Assembly (NCBI GenBank): GCA_965223705.1
Contig: OZ245015.1
Location: 3,392,001 to 3,456,000, forward strand
Direction: 5' to 3'
From: Myxococcota bacterium
GTDB taxonomy: Bacteria > Myxococcota_A > UBA9160 > UBA6930
Length of the DNA: 64,000 nt
Part shown: positions 18,470 to 28,429 of the stretch, in pieces
Numbering within the stretch: the stretch's first letter is position 1
Layout: every line of letters begins with the position of its first letter
The notes under the pieces: model-generated
Seen by the model: only the letters and a program-made list of their open reading frames with translations
Databases searched by the model: none
Told to the model about the DNA's origin: nothing
Made by a program: the position numbers and the translations under genes

Positions 18470-19008
18470 GCGGGGCCCGCGATGATCGGGAGCTGCGCGA
18501 GCGCGTCGCGGCGCTCGAAGGAGAGAGCCAGTGCCGACGCACGCTCTCTCGCTACATGGAGCTCTGCGACAGCCTGGACGCCACAACCGATATGGTTGAG
18601 CTCGGTGAGCTCTTTTGCGAAGACGCGGTCTGGGAAGGGCGCGGCGGGAAATACGGCGATGCGTTCGGGGGTCATCGGGGGCGCCGCACCATCGTCGCGT
18701 TCCTCAACAGCTATCGAGAGCCAGAGGCCCACTTTGAGAGCAACGCCCATTTCTTGACGAGCGAGCAGATCGAGGTTCGCGGCCCGCGCGCTCACGGTAG
18801 CTGGGTGATGCTGCAAACACCGACGTTCCGGGACGGGTCTTCTTTTCTTCTCGCCGCACGACTGCGCGTAGCTTTTCGCCGAGATTCCGACGCGTGGCGC
18901 ATCGAACGCTTCTCGACGACGAACTTGTTTTCGCGCCCGATCGAGGGCGGCTGGGAACTCGAGGCCGCGCTGCCGGTACCGATGCGTACGTCGAAAGGGA
19001 ACGAATGA
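18466..19008 (+). CDS. iacI: SnoaL/NTF2-like protein IacI
   Basis: RYMELCD, ELFCEDAVWEG and NAHFLTSEQI. Lies between iacB and iacC with ATGA overlaps. Confidence 0.78.
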   Translation: MSGARDDRELRERVAALEGESQCRRTLSRYMELCDSLDATTDMVELGELFCEDAVWEGRGGKYGDAFGGHRGRRTIVAFLNSYREPEAHFESNAHFLTSEQIEVRGPRAHGSWVMLQTPTFRDGSSFLLAARLRVAFRRDSDAWRIERFSTTNLFSRPIEGGWELEAALPVPMRTSKGNE

Positions 19009-20246
19009 CCGATACGAGAGACCTCTTCCGAGACGATCGCGCTCATACTTCTCTGTACACGGACCCCGAAATCTTCGAGTCGGAGATGGAACGGATCTTC
19101 TATCGCACGTGGGTATGGGTCGCGCACGAATCGGAGATCCCGAATCCCGGCGACTATCTGACGACCCACGTCGGGCTGCAGCCCGTGATCGTGAGTCGCG
19201 ACCGCAGCGGCGAACTCCACGTGCTCGTGAATCGTTGCCGGCACCGCTCCGCCGCCTTGTGCGAAGCTCGGCTGGGAAGTGCGAAGAACTTTCCCTGCCC
19301 GTACCACGGTTGGGTGTACAGCTTGGACGGCGCACTGCGAGGCGTGCCCTATCCCGAAAGCTACGGGCCCGACTTCAAAAAAGAGGACTATCCGCTCCTT
19401 TCACTTCGCGTGGAGACCTACGCGGGCCTCATTTTCGCGACGTTCACCCACGACGGAGAGTCGCTCCGGGACTTTCTCGGGGACGCAGCCGGCTGGCTCG
19501 ATCTCTTCATGAAGCAAGGCGCCGGGTTCCCGATCAAGGTTGCGGGCGAGCACCGCTTCCGCTTTCCAGGCAACTGGAAGATCCAGCTTGAGAACACCAC
19601 AGACGCCTATCACTTTCCCGTCGTCCATCGATCGTTTCTCGATTCTCTCGACGAGCAGACGGAAGATCTGTTTTCGTTTCTCCGCGGAGACGGCTACGTC
19701 CGGAGCCTCGGAAACGGTCACAGTGTGATGGTGATGATCCCGGAACTCGTCGACCTCGAAGCGAACCTCGATGCGCCGATTCCCGATCGCTTCGATTCTC
19801 TCGCCAACGCGCTCCGTCGCGAACACGGGGAAGACGACGTCCGAAGGATTGTGCGCGCGGTCGGAGGAACGGGGTTCAACCTGAACTTGTTCCCGAACTT
19901 GGCGTGCTCCCTCTCGTTCTTTCGGGTGCTGCGTCCGATCTCCGTGTGCGAAACCGAGATTCGACACGTGGCACTCGGGATGGACGGTGGGCCGGAAGCT
20001 GCGAACCAAACCAGGCTTCGGCTTCACGAACACTTCCAAGGACCGATGGGGTTCGGAACAACGGATGACGCCGAGGTGTGGGACCGCGTCCAACGAGGCG
20101 CCCAGGGCGGGCCCGATCTCTGGATCCTTCTGAACCGCGGGCGAGACGTCGCCGAGGCGGGTCGACGCGGTGCGCAAGGCGACGTCAGCGCGGAAACGGG
20201 TATGCGCGCGGCGTACCGGATGTGGCAGCGGATGATGGTTTCGTGA
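19005..20246 (+). CDS. iacC: Aromatic ring-hydroxylating dioxygenase alpha subunit IacC
   Basis: NRCRH...CPYHGW Rieske motif, NWKIQLENTTDAYHFPVVH, and RLRLHEHFQGPMGFG..DDAE. Confidence 0.87.
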   Translation: MTDTRDLFRDDRAHTSLYTDPEIFESEMERIFYRTWVWVAHESEIPNPGDYLTTHVGLQPVIVSRDRSGELHVLVNRCRHRSAALCEARLGSAKNFPCPYHGWVYSLDGALRGVPYPESYGPDFKKEDYPLLSLRVETYAGLIFATFTHDGESLRDFLGDAAGWLDLFMKQGAGFPIKVAGEHRFRFPGNWKIQLENTTDAYHFPVVHRSFLDSLDEQTEDLFSFLRGDGYVRSLGNGHSVMVMIPELVDLEANLDAPIPDRFDSLANALRREHGEDDVRRIVRAVGGTGFNLNLFPNLACSLSFFRVLRPISVCETEIRHVALGMDGGPEAANQTRLRLHEHFQGPMGFGTTDDAEVWDRVQRGAQGGPDLWILLNRGRDVAEAGRRGAQGDVSAETGMRAAYRMWQRMMVS

Positions 20247-20722
20247 GCCGCGCGATTGCACTGGAGGAAGCCGCGGCTTTCGTGTGGCGCGAGGCAGATC
20301 TTCTGGACCGCCGGGCTTACGAAGAGTGGCTCGAGTTGTGGGCTCCCGAAGGCCTTTACATCGTTCCGACCGACACCGAAGCAAAAGATCACGCAAACTC
20401 CCTCAACTACATCTACGACGACGCAGACATGCGGCGCATGCGTGTTGCGCGATTGCAGTCCCCGCATTCTGCTGCGGCGAGCTCTGCTGCGACGACCGTA
20501 CGTACGGTCTCGCGCTTCGTTGCGACGAGCGGAGGGGGCGAAACCCTGTCGGTCCGCGCGTCACAGCTTCTCGCAGAGTACAGTGGCGGGCATCATGCGC
20601 TTCGGCCGGCGAACCTCGAGCTCGAATTTCGCCGCGACGGTGATCGACTCCTCTACACCCGGAAAATCGTCAAGTTGCTCGGCGGCGAAGACGGCCTGAC
20701 CGGGATCGCTTACCTCCTCTGA
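20243..20722 (+). CDS. iacD: Ring-hydroxylating dioxygenase beta subunit IacD
   Basis: FVWREADLLD..YEEWLELW, LNYIYDD..MR.MRV.RL and TVRTVSRF. GTGA overlap with iacC. Confidence 0.85.
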   Translation: MSRAIALEEAAAFVWREADLLDRRAYEEWLELWAPEGLYIVPTDTEAKDHANSLNYIYDDADMRRMRVARLQSPHSAAASSAATTVRTVSRFVATSGGGETLSVRASQLLAEYSGGHHALRPANLELEFRRDGDRLLYTRKIVKLLGGEDGLTGIAYLL

Positions 20723-21465
20723 TGAGTGCCTCCGTCTGCATCGTCACGGGCGCCGGACGCGGCCTCGGGCGGGTGATTGCCAGGCACCTGCATCGCCAAG
20801 GCCACCGGGTCATCGTCACGGATATCGATGCGGTCCGTGCGGAAGCGCTCGCCGCGGAACTCGACCGAAGCGGCGCGACGGCGCTCGGATTGCGCCTCGA
20901 CGTTCGCGAGAAACATGACTTCGAAGACGCGCTCGAACGTGCGAGCGAGGTCTTCGGGGAGGTCTCTGCGCTGATCAACAACGCTGCGGTGACCCACGCG
21001 ACGCCGCTTTTTGACATTTCCCCGGACGAGTTCGAGGAAGTTCTCCGCGTCAATCTGCGAGGCGTGTTTCTCGGGTGCCAGGTCTTCGGAGCTCAGTTCG
21101 CGAAAGCGGGCTTTGGTCGCATCGTCAACCTCGCCTCGCTCGCGGGACAAGCCGGAGGCACGGCGACCGGCGCCCACTACGCCGCTTCCAAAGGTGGGAT
21201 CCTCACGCTGACAAAGATCTTCGCGCGAGAACTCGCCTCTTCGGGCGTCACCGTGAACGCGATCGCGCCCGGTCCTCTCGACGTTCCTCTCGTGCACGAG
21301 CTGCTTTCCTCCGACACGGTCGAAGCGCTGAAGCGAGCCATTCCGGTGGGTCACCTCGGCGACCCCGAGTTCATCGCACAAGTCGTCGCGTTGCTCGTAT
21401 CGAGCGAAGCCCGTTCCGTCACCGGAGCGACCTGGGATGCGAACGGAGGCCTCTACTTGCGATGA
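20722..21465 (+). CDS. iacE: Short-chain dehydrogenase IacE
   Basis: TGAGRGLG, NNAA and HYAASKGG motifs, plus iac context. Confidence 0.83.
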   Translation: MSASVCIVTGAGRGLGRVIARHLHRQGHRVIVTDIDAVRAEALAAELDRSGATALGLRLDVREKHDFEDALERASEVFGEVSALINNAAVTHATPLFDISPDEFEEVLRVNLRGVFLGCQVFGAQFAKAGFGRIVNLASLAGQAGGTATGAHYAASKGGILTLTKIFARELASSGVTVNAIAPGPLDVPLVHELLSSDTVEALKRAIPVGHLGDPEFIAQVVALLVSSEARSVTGATWDANGGLYLR

Positions 21466-21956
21466 GGTTCCGCGAGCCGACCGATGCGGCCTTCGACCTC
21501 CGAAACTGGCCGTTTTACTGGATCACGCGGACGAGCGACCGCTATTTGAGCGTACTCGAAGGCAACTTGAAGGAGAGCGGACTCGATATACCGAGTTGGC
21601 GCGTCCTTGGACAACTTCACGGAACGCTTTCGAAGAGCGTCGGTGAACTGGCCGACGAGGCGATTATCAAGCGATCGACGATGGCACGCATGATTCACCG
21701 AATGGAAGATGAAGGCCTCGTCGAAACCCGCGTGCGTCCGTCGGACCAGCGCGTGACGGAGGTCCGACTGACCGCGTTCGGAAAAAGGCAGCGTATCGTC
21801 GCTCAGCGACAGGCCTTCCGCGCGTTCGCGCGGGCCTTTCGAGGCGTGAGCGAGGGCGAGATCCATCGACTGAACGACACCCTCCGCAAGGTGTTCGCAA
21901 ACTTCGAATCGGAAGACGTCAAAGACCGACCGCAAACCCGTTCGAAAGAGGAATGA
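21462..21956 (+). CDS. MarR family regulator (IacR-like)
   Basis: FDLRNWPFYW, LDIPSWRVL, RMEDEGLV and DQRVTEVRLT. Start ATG 21462 overlaps the iacE stop. Confidence 0.85.
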   Translation: MRFREPTDAAFDLRNWPFYWITRTSDRYLSVLEGNLKESGLDIPSWRVLGQLHGTLSKSVGELADEAIIKRSTMARMIHRMEDEGLVETRVRPSDQRVTEVRLTAFGKRQRIVAQRQAFRAFARAFRGVSEGEIHRLNDTLRKVFANFESEDVKDRPQTRSKEE

Positions 21957-21957
21957 A

Positions 21958-22971
21958 ATGCTGCACACGCCGTTTTGCCAGACGCTCGGCATCGACCATC
22001 CGGTGATGTGTGCCCCACTGGGAGGAGGCAACGCCGGGCCCGAACTCGCGGCCGCCGTATCCAATGCGGGCGGACTCGGCTTCCTCGGTCTGGGTGGCCT
22101 ACCCGCCCCTGTGATTCGGGAGCTCATTCGGGATACCCGCGGCCGCACCTCGAAGCCGTTCGGCGCCGGGCTTCTTTTGCCGCTCCTTCAAGGGGGCGAG
22201 ATCGAAGCGTGCATTGAGGAAGGTGTCTCGGCGCTTCTCCTCTTTTGGGGCGACGCGGCGCCGTATGTCGACGACGCGAAGCGTTCGGGCATCCCGGTGT
22301 TTTCGCAAGTGGGCTCCGCAAAGGAAGCGCGTGAAGCCGTTTCCGCAGGCGTTGATGTCGTTGTGGCGCAGGGGTTTGAAGCCGGTGGACACGTACGCGG
22401 CACGACGTCTCTTTCGACGCTGGTCCCGGCCGTCGTCGAAGCCGTTGGCGACGTGCCGGTTGTGGCGGCCGGTGGCATCGCAGACGGGCGCGGGCTGGTC
22501 GCGGCTCTCGCTCTCGGGGCACAGGCGGTCTCTCTGGGAACCCGCTTCCTTGCGAGCGAGGAGTCACGGGCCTCCGCCGACTACAAGGAGCGGATTCTAG
22601 ATGCGCGTTCGGAAGACACCGTACACACCCTTCTTTTTGACATCGGCTGGCCCGATGCCGCGCATCGCGTGCTTCGCAACAAGGCTATCGAAGAGTGGGA
22701 AGCGGCGGGGCGACCGCCCGTGGGCCAGCGCCCTGGCGAAGGCTCGAGCATCGGCAAGATGCCGGTGGGAGGCGCGCTGACCGAGATCCCTCGCTACGCC
22801 GTATTCAATCCGATGGCGGGTTTCGAGGGCGACATCGAGTACGCGGCACTCTACGCCGGAGAGTCCACTAACCTGATCACGGAGCTCAAGCCCGCTGCGT
22901 CCATCGTCGAAGATCTCGTCGCCGAAGCGAAGACCGTGCTCCGGGAGCTGACACGGAGAGAACGCCGATGA
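21958..22971 (+). CDS. Nitronate monooxygenase / FabK-like FMN TIM-barrel oxidoreductase
   Basis: LAAAVSNAGGLG, QGFEAGGH, AAGGIADGRG and GTRFLAS. Confidence 0.88.
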   Translation: MLHTPFCQTLGIDHPVMCAPLGGGNAGPELAAAVSNAGGLGFLGLGGLPAPVIRELIRDTRGRTSKPFGAGLLLPLLQGGEIEACIEEGVSALLLFWGDAAPYVDDAKRSGIPVFSQVGSAKEAREAVSAGVDVVVAQGFEAGGHVRGTTSLSTLVPAVVEAVGDVPVVAAGGIADGRGLVAALALGAQAVSLGTRFLASEESRASADYKERILDARSEDTVHTLLFDIGWPDAAHRVLRNKAIEEWEAAGRPPVGQRPGEGSSIGKMPVGGALTEIPRYAVFNPMAGFEGDIEYAALYAGESTNLITELKPAASIVEDLVAEAKTVLRELTRRERR

Positions 22972-24122
22972 ACGAAGTCCGAGAGCTCTTGCTCGGAAGA
23001 GTCGACGCCATGCGCGAGACGCTCGCCGCGCAAATCGACGACGAAGAACAGAGCGCCCGCCTGTCGAAGACCAGCTCCGATGCCCTTTACGACGCGGGTA
23101 TCCTGCGGATGAAACTTCCAGAGGAACTCGGAGGCTTCGAGGCCGACTTGCCGACGCAGCTCGAAGTGCTCGAGTCCATCGCACGCATCAACCCCGCCGC
23201 CGCCTGGTGTGCCATGGCGGGAGCTACGAGCATCGCCCTGCCGGGGGCGTTTCTTCCCTTCGCGGGAATCGAGCGGATGTTCGCAAACGGCGTCATTCCT
23301 CGAGCTGCAGTCGTGATCATGCCCACCGGACAGGCGGAAAGAACGAGAGAAGGTTATCGCCTTTCGGGGCGGTGGGCTTTTGCGAGCGGTATCCATCACG
23401 CCGAATGGATCTGCGCGCAAGCTCCGGTGCTGGGCAATGGAACAGAACCGGTGCTCCACATGTTCGTCATTCCCGCCTCCGAGGTCGAAATTCACGACAA
23501 CTGGCAGGTGCTGGGCCTGCGGGGCACCGGAAGCTGTGACATCTCTGTCGAGGATCTTTGGGTTCCGGAATCGTGCGCGTGGGCGGTCGAGACGCAACCG
23601 CCACGACGCGGGGGCCCGCTCTACCGCCTGGGAATTCCCGCTTTTGTAGCGTACGAACACGCGGGTTTCGCGACGGGTGTTGCGCGGCGCGCCCTCGATC
23701 TCCTGATCGAAACGGCCCGCTCGAAGAAACGGGGCTACGGACCGGCGCCGAAGTCTCTCTCGGACCGCGAGGTTCTTCAGCGTTTCATCGGTCGCAGCGA
23801 CCTTCAACTTCGCGCCGCGCGCGCCATCGCGCTCGAACGAAACCGAGAAGCGATGGCGGTGATCGAGCGCGGCGACGCGATCGGCCCGCAGCTCGCGCTA
23901 CAGCTTCGCGGTGTCGCGTGCTACTGCACGGAGGTCGCTGCCGAGATCACGACCGAGGCATTTCGGCTGTCGGGCGCGTCGTCGATCTTCGAGTCCAACG
24001 CGATGCAGCGCTGCATGCGCGACCTCCAGGTCGCCGCACAACACTTGATGGTCAGTGAGCGTAGCTACGAGCTGTTGGGCCAAACGGTTCTGGGGTTCCG
24101 CGACGTCGATCCGATGGGATAG
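22968..24122 (+). CDS. Acyl-CoA dehydrogenase-fold flavin-dependent monooxygenase (HsaA/IacA-like)
   Basis: GRWAFASGIHHA, WQVLGLRGTGSCD and RCMRDLQVAAQH. Confidence 0.85.
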   Translation: MNEVRELLLGRVDAMRETLAAQIDDEEQSARLSKTSSDALYDAGILRMKLPEELGGFEADLPTQLEVLESIARINPAAAWCAMAGATSIALPGAFLPFAGIERMFANGVIPRAAVVIMPTGQAERTREGYRLSGRWAFASGIHHAEWICAQAPVLGNGTEPVLHMFVIPASEVEIHDNWQVLGLRGTGSCDISVEDLWVPESCAWAVETQPPRRGGPLYRLGIPAFVAYEHAGFATGVARRALDLLIETARSKKRGYGPAPKSLSDREVLQRFIGRSDLQLRAARAIALERNREAMAVIERGDAIGPQLALQLRGVACYCTEVAAEITTEAFRLSGASSIFESNAMQRCMRDLQVAAQHLMVSERSYELLGQTVLGFRDVDPMG

Positions 24123-24141
24123 CGCTCCCGGGCCCGTCGTC

Positions 24142-25860
24142 TCAGTAGCCGATGGCCACGCCGGGATAGAAGATGTCGGTTCCCCCGCGCAGCTCTCCGG
24201 TTTGTTCATCGACGAGGATTCCCAGTGGGATCGCGTAGTTCCATGTTCCGACGAACTCTTTCGTCGTGGTCACGCTGTGGCCCATCTCCCGGAGTGCTTC
24301 GCACGTCGCTTCGGGGATGCGATCGTCTAGGTAGGCGGCCTCCCGCTCGCAGTGAAGGCGCGGCGCACGGACGGCCTCCTGCATGCCCATGCCGTGGTCG
24401 ACGACATTCATCAAGACCTGCGGAACGGCGGTCACGATACGGAGACCGCCCGGGGCGCCGAGGGTCATCAAGGGTTTTCCGTCCCGAAAGACCAGAGTAC
24501 TCGTGGCCGGCCACCACGTGATCTTTCCCGGACCCGGACAGTTCGGCGAGTTTGAATCGGGGTTGAAAGACATCATGTTGTTGTTGAGGAGAATGCCGGT
24601 CCCTGGCACAACGACGCGAGAACCGAACAACGCTCCGAGCGTCTGGATCTGGGAGACCATGTTGCGTTCTTCGTCGACCACCTGGAGATGAGTCGTGTGA
24701 CTGTCGAGTCCGAGACGTTCTGCCGCGGGCGAGGGCATGGGCTCACCGCCGGCTTGTCCTTGATGCACCCAGGGATCACCGGCCGTGTTTGAAAACGAGG
24801 CGCGACGTGGATCGATGCGCTCAGCGATCCACGCGGCGTACTCCTTCGAGAGCAGTCCCTCGTAGGGAACGTCGATCACCGCCGGATCGCCGATATAGGC
24901 GAAGGTATCCGCGTACGCGCGGCCCAACGCCTCGATCAACAGATGAAGCGTCGCGGGTGTCTGGGGGCCCGAGCCAGCGAGATCGAAGTTCTCGAGGATG
25001 TTGAGCATCTGAGCCTGTGTGCGGCTGCCTGTCGGACCGGGCGATCCGAAGACACGCACGTCTCGGTAGCTGTGCGAAAGCGGCGACTCGTAGACTGTGG
25101 CGCGATATTCCGACAGATCCCGCTCATCGATCAAGCCGCCGTGCTCGGCCATATCCGCCGCGATACGCCGCGCGGTCTCACCGGTGTAGAACGCTTCTGC
25201 GCCCTGATCGGCGATCCGTCGAAGTGTCTCTGCGAGCTCTTCCTGCACCAATCGATCGGCCGGAGAAAAAGGGACCGGATTGAAATCGAAGTGACCGGTG
25301 ATGAACGTCTTCACCGTCTCGGGGAATCGAGAGAGCGCTCCCCATTCTTTCGCCACCATCAGGCGGAGGTGCCAATCATACGGGACGCCCTGCTCGGCGT
25401 AGTGGATGGCTGGTTCCATCACCTCGCCCAGAGACAACGTGCCGAACTTCTCGAGAGCCAAGCAGAGTCCCGCCACGGTTCCCGGTACTCCGACCGCGCG
25501 GTGCCCGATTAAGTTCGCGTCTCCTTCGACGCCGGCGTAGTAGCCGCGCGTTTCATCTCCGCTGGCGAGCGGATACATCTTTGGATGTGCACCGAGCGGC
25601 GCCCGGATGTTGTAGTCCACCACGATGGTACGTTCGAGTTTCGACAAGTATGCGACCATGGAACCGCGGCCACCGATTCCGTTCATATAGGGCTCGACCA
25701 CCGCGAGCGTGAAGGCCATCGCCACGGCGGCGTCCACCGCGTTGCCGCCGCGCTGCAAGACGTCGGCGCCGACGTCCGCCGCCAGCGGGTGATTCGCGGC
25801 GACCATGCCCCGCTCGCCCACGGCTTCCGTCTTGTCGAGTTGCCAGTTGCTCCGAGTCAC
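24142..25860 (-). CDS. Gamma-glutamyltransferase-family Ntn hydrolase
   Basis: GGNAVDAAVA, VEPYMNGIGG, VGVPGTVAG, HTTHL (autocleavage Thr), FGSRVVVPGTGILLNN and LGAPGG. Confidence 0.9.
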   Translation of the reverse strand: MTRSNWQLDKTEAVGERGMVAANHPLAADVGADVLQRGGNAVDAAVAMAFTLAVVEPYMNGIGGRGSMVAYLSKLERTIVVDYNIRAPLGAHPKMYPLASGDETRGYYAGVEGDANLIGHRAVGVPGTVAGLCLALEKFGTLSLGEVMEPAIHYAEQGVPYDWHLRLMVAKEWGALSRFPETVKTFITGHFDFNPVPFSPADRLVQEELAETLRRIADQGAEAFYTGETARRIAADMAEHGGLIDERDLSEYRATVYESPLSHSYRDVRVFGSPGPTGSRTQAQMLNILENFDLAGSGPQTPATLHLLIEALGRAYADTFAYIGDPAVIDVPYEGLLSKEYAAWIAERIDPRRASFSNTAGDPWVHQGQAGGEPMPSPAAERLGLDSHTTHLQVVDEERNMVSQIQTLGALFGSRVVVPGTGILLNNNMMSFNPDSNSPNCPGPGKITWWPATSTLVFRDGKPLMTLGAPGGLRIVTAVPQVLMNVVDHGMGMQEAVRAPRLHCEREAAYLDDRIPEATCEALREMGHSVTTTKEFVGTWNYAIPLGILVDEQTGELRGGTDIFYPGVAIGY

Positions 25861-25917
25861 GAAAACTCCACCTCGATTGAGCTCAGCGTCTATTGTATGG
25901 AAGGAGGCCTCGACGGC

Positions 25918-26810
25918 ATGACAGAAACTCCTGTTCGCGAAGGCTTTCTCGAACTCCGAAACGGTTATCGGTCTGGTATCGCCGTTTGGGCGAAAGTGGA
26001 GAAACCCCTCTCCTTCTCCTCCACGGCGGCCCTGGGGCAGGCCACGACTACCTCGAACCGCTCTCGGCGCTCGCGGATTCGCGACCGGTCATTTTCTACG
26101 ATCAACTGGGCTGCGGGAGGTCCGACTGCCCGGACAATCCCGATTTGTGGAGAATCGAGCGCTTCGTCGGCGAGATCGACGAAGTGCGCGACCAACTCGG
26201 ACTCGCGAACGTGCACCTGCTCGGCCAGTCGTTTGGCGGGTGGCTCGCCATTGAATACATGCTGTCGCAACCGTCCGGCGTCGAACGACTGATTCTAGCC
26301 AGCACCTCGTCGAGCATTCCTCAGTTCGCGCAAGAGACGCGTCGGCTCCGCAAAGAACTTCCGAGCTCGGTTCAAGCGACCCTCGATCGACACGAAGGGC
26401 GTGGAGAGTTCGATCACCCGGACTATGAACACGCGGTCGAAGCCTTCTACCAGCGCTACGTATGCCGCCTAGAGGTGTGGCCGGATTGCGTCCTGCGAAC
26501 CGTGGCCAATCTCGAGCACAACCCCGTGTACGAGACCATGAACGGTCCGAACGAGTTCACCACCATCGGCAACTTGAAGGATTGGGACCGAACGGATCGC
26601 CTCGACGAGATTCGTGTCCCCACACTCATCACGGTCGGTCGCTACGACGAAGTTACGCCTGCTTGCGCCGAAACCCTCAACCGCGGCATCCCGGGCTCCC
26701 AGATGGTGATCTTCGAAGAGAGCGCGCACCTAGCCCACGTGGAGGAAGCGAAGCGCTACGTCGCGGTCGTCGACGCGTTTCTGAAGACGTCGCCGGTCGC
26801 CTCCGGGTAA
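25918..26810 (+). pseudogene. Proline iminopeptidase (tricorn F1-type), frameshifted near codon 18
   Basis: ATG 25918 after GGAGG gives MTETPVREGFLELRNGYR. The frame then changes at about 25970 to VWYRRLG..LLHGGPG..FYDQLGCGRS..GQSFGG..SAHLAHVEE. Confidence 0.75.
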
Positions 26811-26941
26811 CACATGGCCGTTCAGCAGCAACCACCAAGAACGCGCCGACCTCGATCAACCGGAAACCGGCAAGGCGATCAATCCGAGCTGTGAAAACAA
26901 TGTGAACGTATCGCTCAGGCCCGATTGCGCGACGATCTTGA

Positions 26942-27034
26942 CCCGTACGCTTCGAACTCCTCGGACACGTATCCCGGCGACACGCCGAGCGTGAGGCGCC
27001 CGCCGCACAAGTTGTCGAGGGTCGCGATGTCTTC
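26942..27034 (-). pseudogene. Fragment of a luciferase-like (LLM) monooxygenase
   Basis: EDIATLDNLCGGRLTLGVSPGYVSEEFEAYG matches the core LLM motif (ATLDxLSGGRxxLGxGxGY..EF). It has no start codon and is bounded by in-frame stops. Confidence 0.7.
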
Positions 27035-27153
27035 GCGTCACCTCGAAATTCGTCGGTTTTCAGATCGCTTTCGATCCGCCAACCGATATCTTTCATGAAA
27101 TCCGCGCTGCGGAACAGGCAATTTCGACGTGCGCTCGACGCGCTGGAGGCCGG

Positions 27154-28428
27154 ATGGACTCGCGGAAAGATGGCCGGTTGCGGGAGACTCCCGCCGGCGG
27201 GCTTCTGAACCGGCGCGCGTTGTTGCGCGGCGCTTTGGCACTTCCCTTGGCGACGCCCGTTCTCGCCCAGGTCGACGACGCCGCCGCAGACCGCGCGCCC
27301 TGGATGAAGGCGCCGGGCGAACCGATGCGCTCCTACGGCTCTCCCGCTCCCCAGGAGGCGTCCGTCGCGCGCAAGGTCTTCGCTGAGTACGGCTCCCTCA
27401 CGCCGGGCGCGGGGGTCTCGTTTACGCCGCTCGAGTCGCTGCGCGGGACGCTCACTCCGAATGGACTCCACTTCGAGCGGCATCACAGCGGTGTTCCCGC
27501 AGTGGACCCGTCGGGCTACCGCCTCTTTATCCACGGAGCGGTGGGCGCGCCACAGGCCTTCTCCCATGCCGCTCTCGAGCAGCTCCCCCTGGTGAGTCGG
27601 CTGAACTTCCTCGAGTGCTCGGGCAACAGCTTCTGGAACGCAATCGGCGACGTCTCCGGGCGCACGTGCGGAGAACTTCACGGGCTCCTCTCGTCGAGCG
27701 AGTGGACCGGAATCGAGCTGCGGCGGTTGCTCGGTGAGGTCCGACCCAAACCCGAAGCGCGTTGGCTCATCGCCGAAGGCGGGGACGCGGCGCGCATGGT
27801 TCGGAGTATCCCGCTCGACCTCGCTCTGGAGCGGGGGATGCTCGCGCTGTATCAAAACGGCGAGCGGCTTCGTCCCGAGCAGGGCTACCCGGCGCGCCTC
27901 TTTTTCGGTGGCCTCGAAGGCAATGTCAGCGTGAAATGGGTGCGGAGCTTGGTGCTCTCGACGCAACCGGCCCAGGCCCGGGACGAGACCTCGAAATACA
28001 GCGACGAACGGGCGGACGGGAGCATCTCGCAGTTCACTCTCGAAATGGGAGTCAAGTCCCTTCTGATCTCCCCCTGCGTCGGGACGCGCCTACCTCGCCC
28101 GGGCGTCTATGAGCTCGAAGGCATCGCCTGGTCGGGTGCGGGAAAGATCCGCAAGGTCGAGATCTCAGCGGACGGCGGTGCGACGTGGAGCGACGCGGAG
28201 CTCGATCCGCCTCACCTCGCGTTCGCCCCGGTCCGCTTCCGTCTTCCGTGGGTTTGGCGAGGGCAGCGTCAGACACTCGTCAGTCGTGCGACCGACGAGT
28301 CGGGTGCAGTGCAGCCGACACACGCGGAGTGGAAGTCTCGATACGCATCGGCCCACATATACCACTACAACGCCCTGCAATTCTGGCGAGTCGACGAGAC
28401 GGGCGCAGTGCAGGCAGCGCTCTCCTAG
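27154..28428 (+). CDS. soxC: Sulfite oxidase-family molybdopterin subunit SoxC
   Basis: Tat signal NRRALL, TPNGLHFERHH, FLECSGN (Mo ligand Cys), QNGERLRPEQGYPARL, GIAWSG and SRATDE. Confidence 0.88.
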   Translation: MDSRKDGRLRETPAGGLLNRRALLRGALALPLATPVLAQVDDAAADRAPWMKAPGEPMRSYGSPAPQEASVARKVFAEYGSLTPGAGVSFTPLESLRGTLTPNGLHFERHHSGVPAVDPSGYRLFIHGAVGAPQAFSHAALEQLPLVSRLNFLECSGNSFWNAIGDVSGRTCGELHGLLSSSEWTGIELRRLLGEVRPKPEARWLIAEGGDAARMVRSIPLDLALERGMLALYQNGERLRPEQGYPARLFFGGLEGNVSVKWVRSLVLSTQPAQARDETSKYSDERADGSISQFTLEMGVKSLLISPCVGTRLPRPGVYELEGIAWSGAGKIRKVEISADGGATWSDAELDPPHLAFAPVRFRLPWVWRGQRQTLVSRATDESGAVQPTHAEWKSRYASAHIYHYNALQFWRVDETGAVQAALS

Positions 28429-28429
28429 T

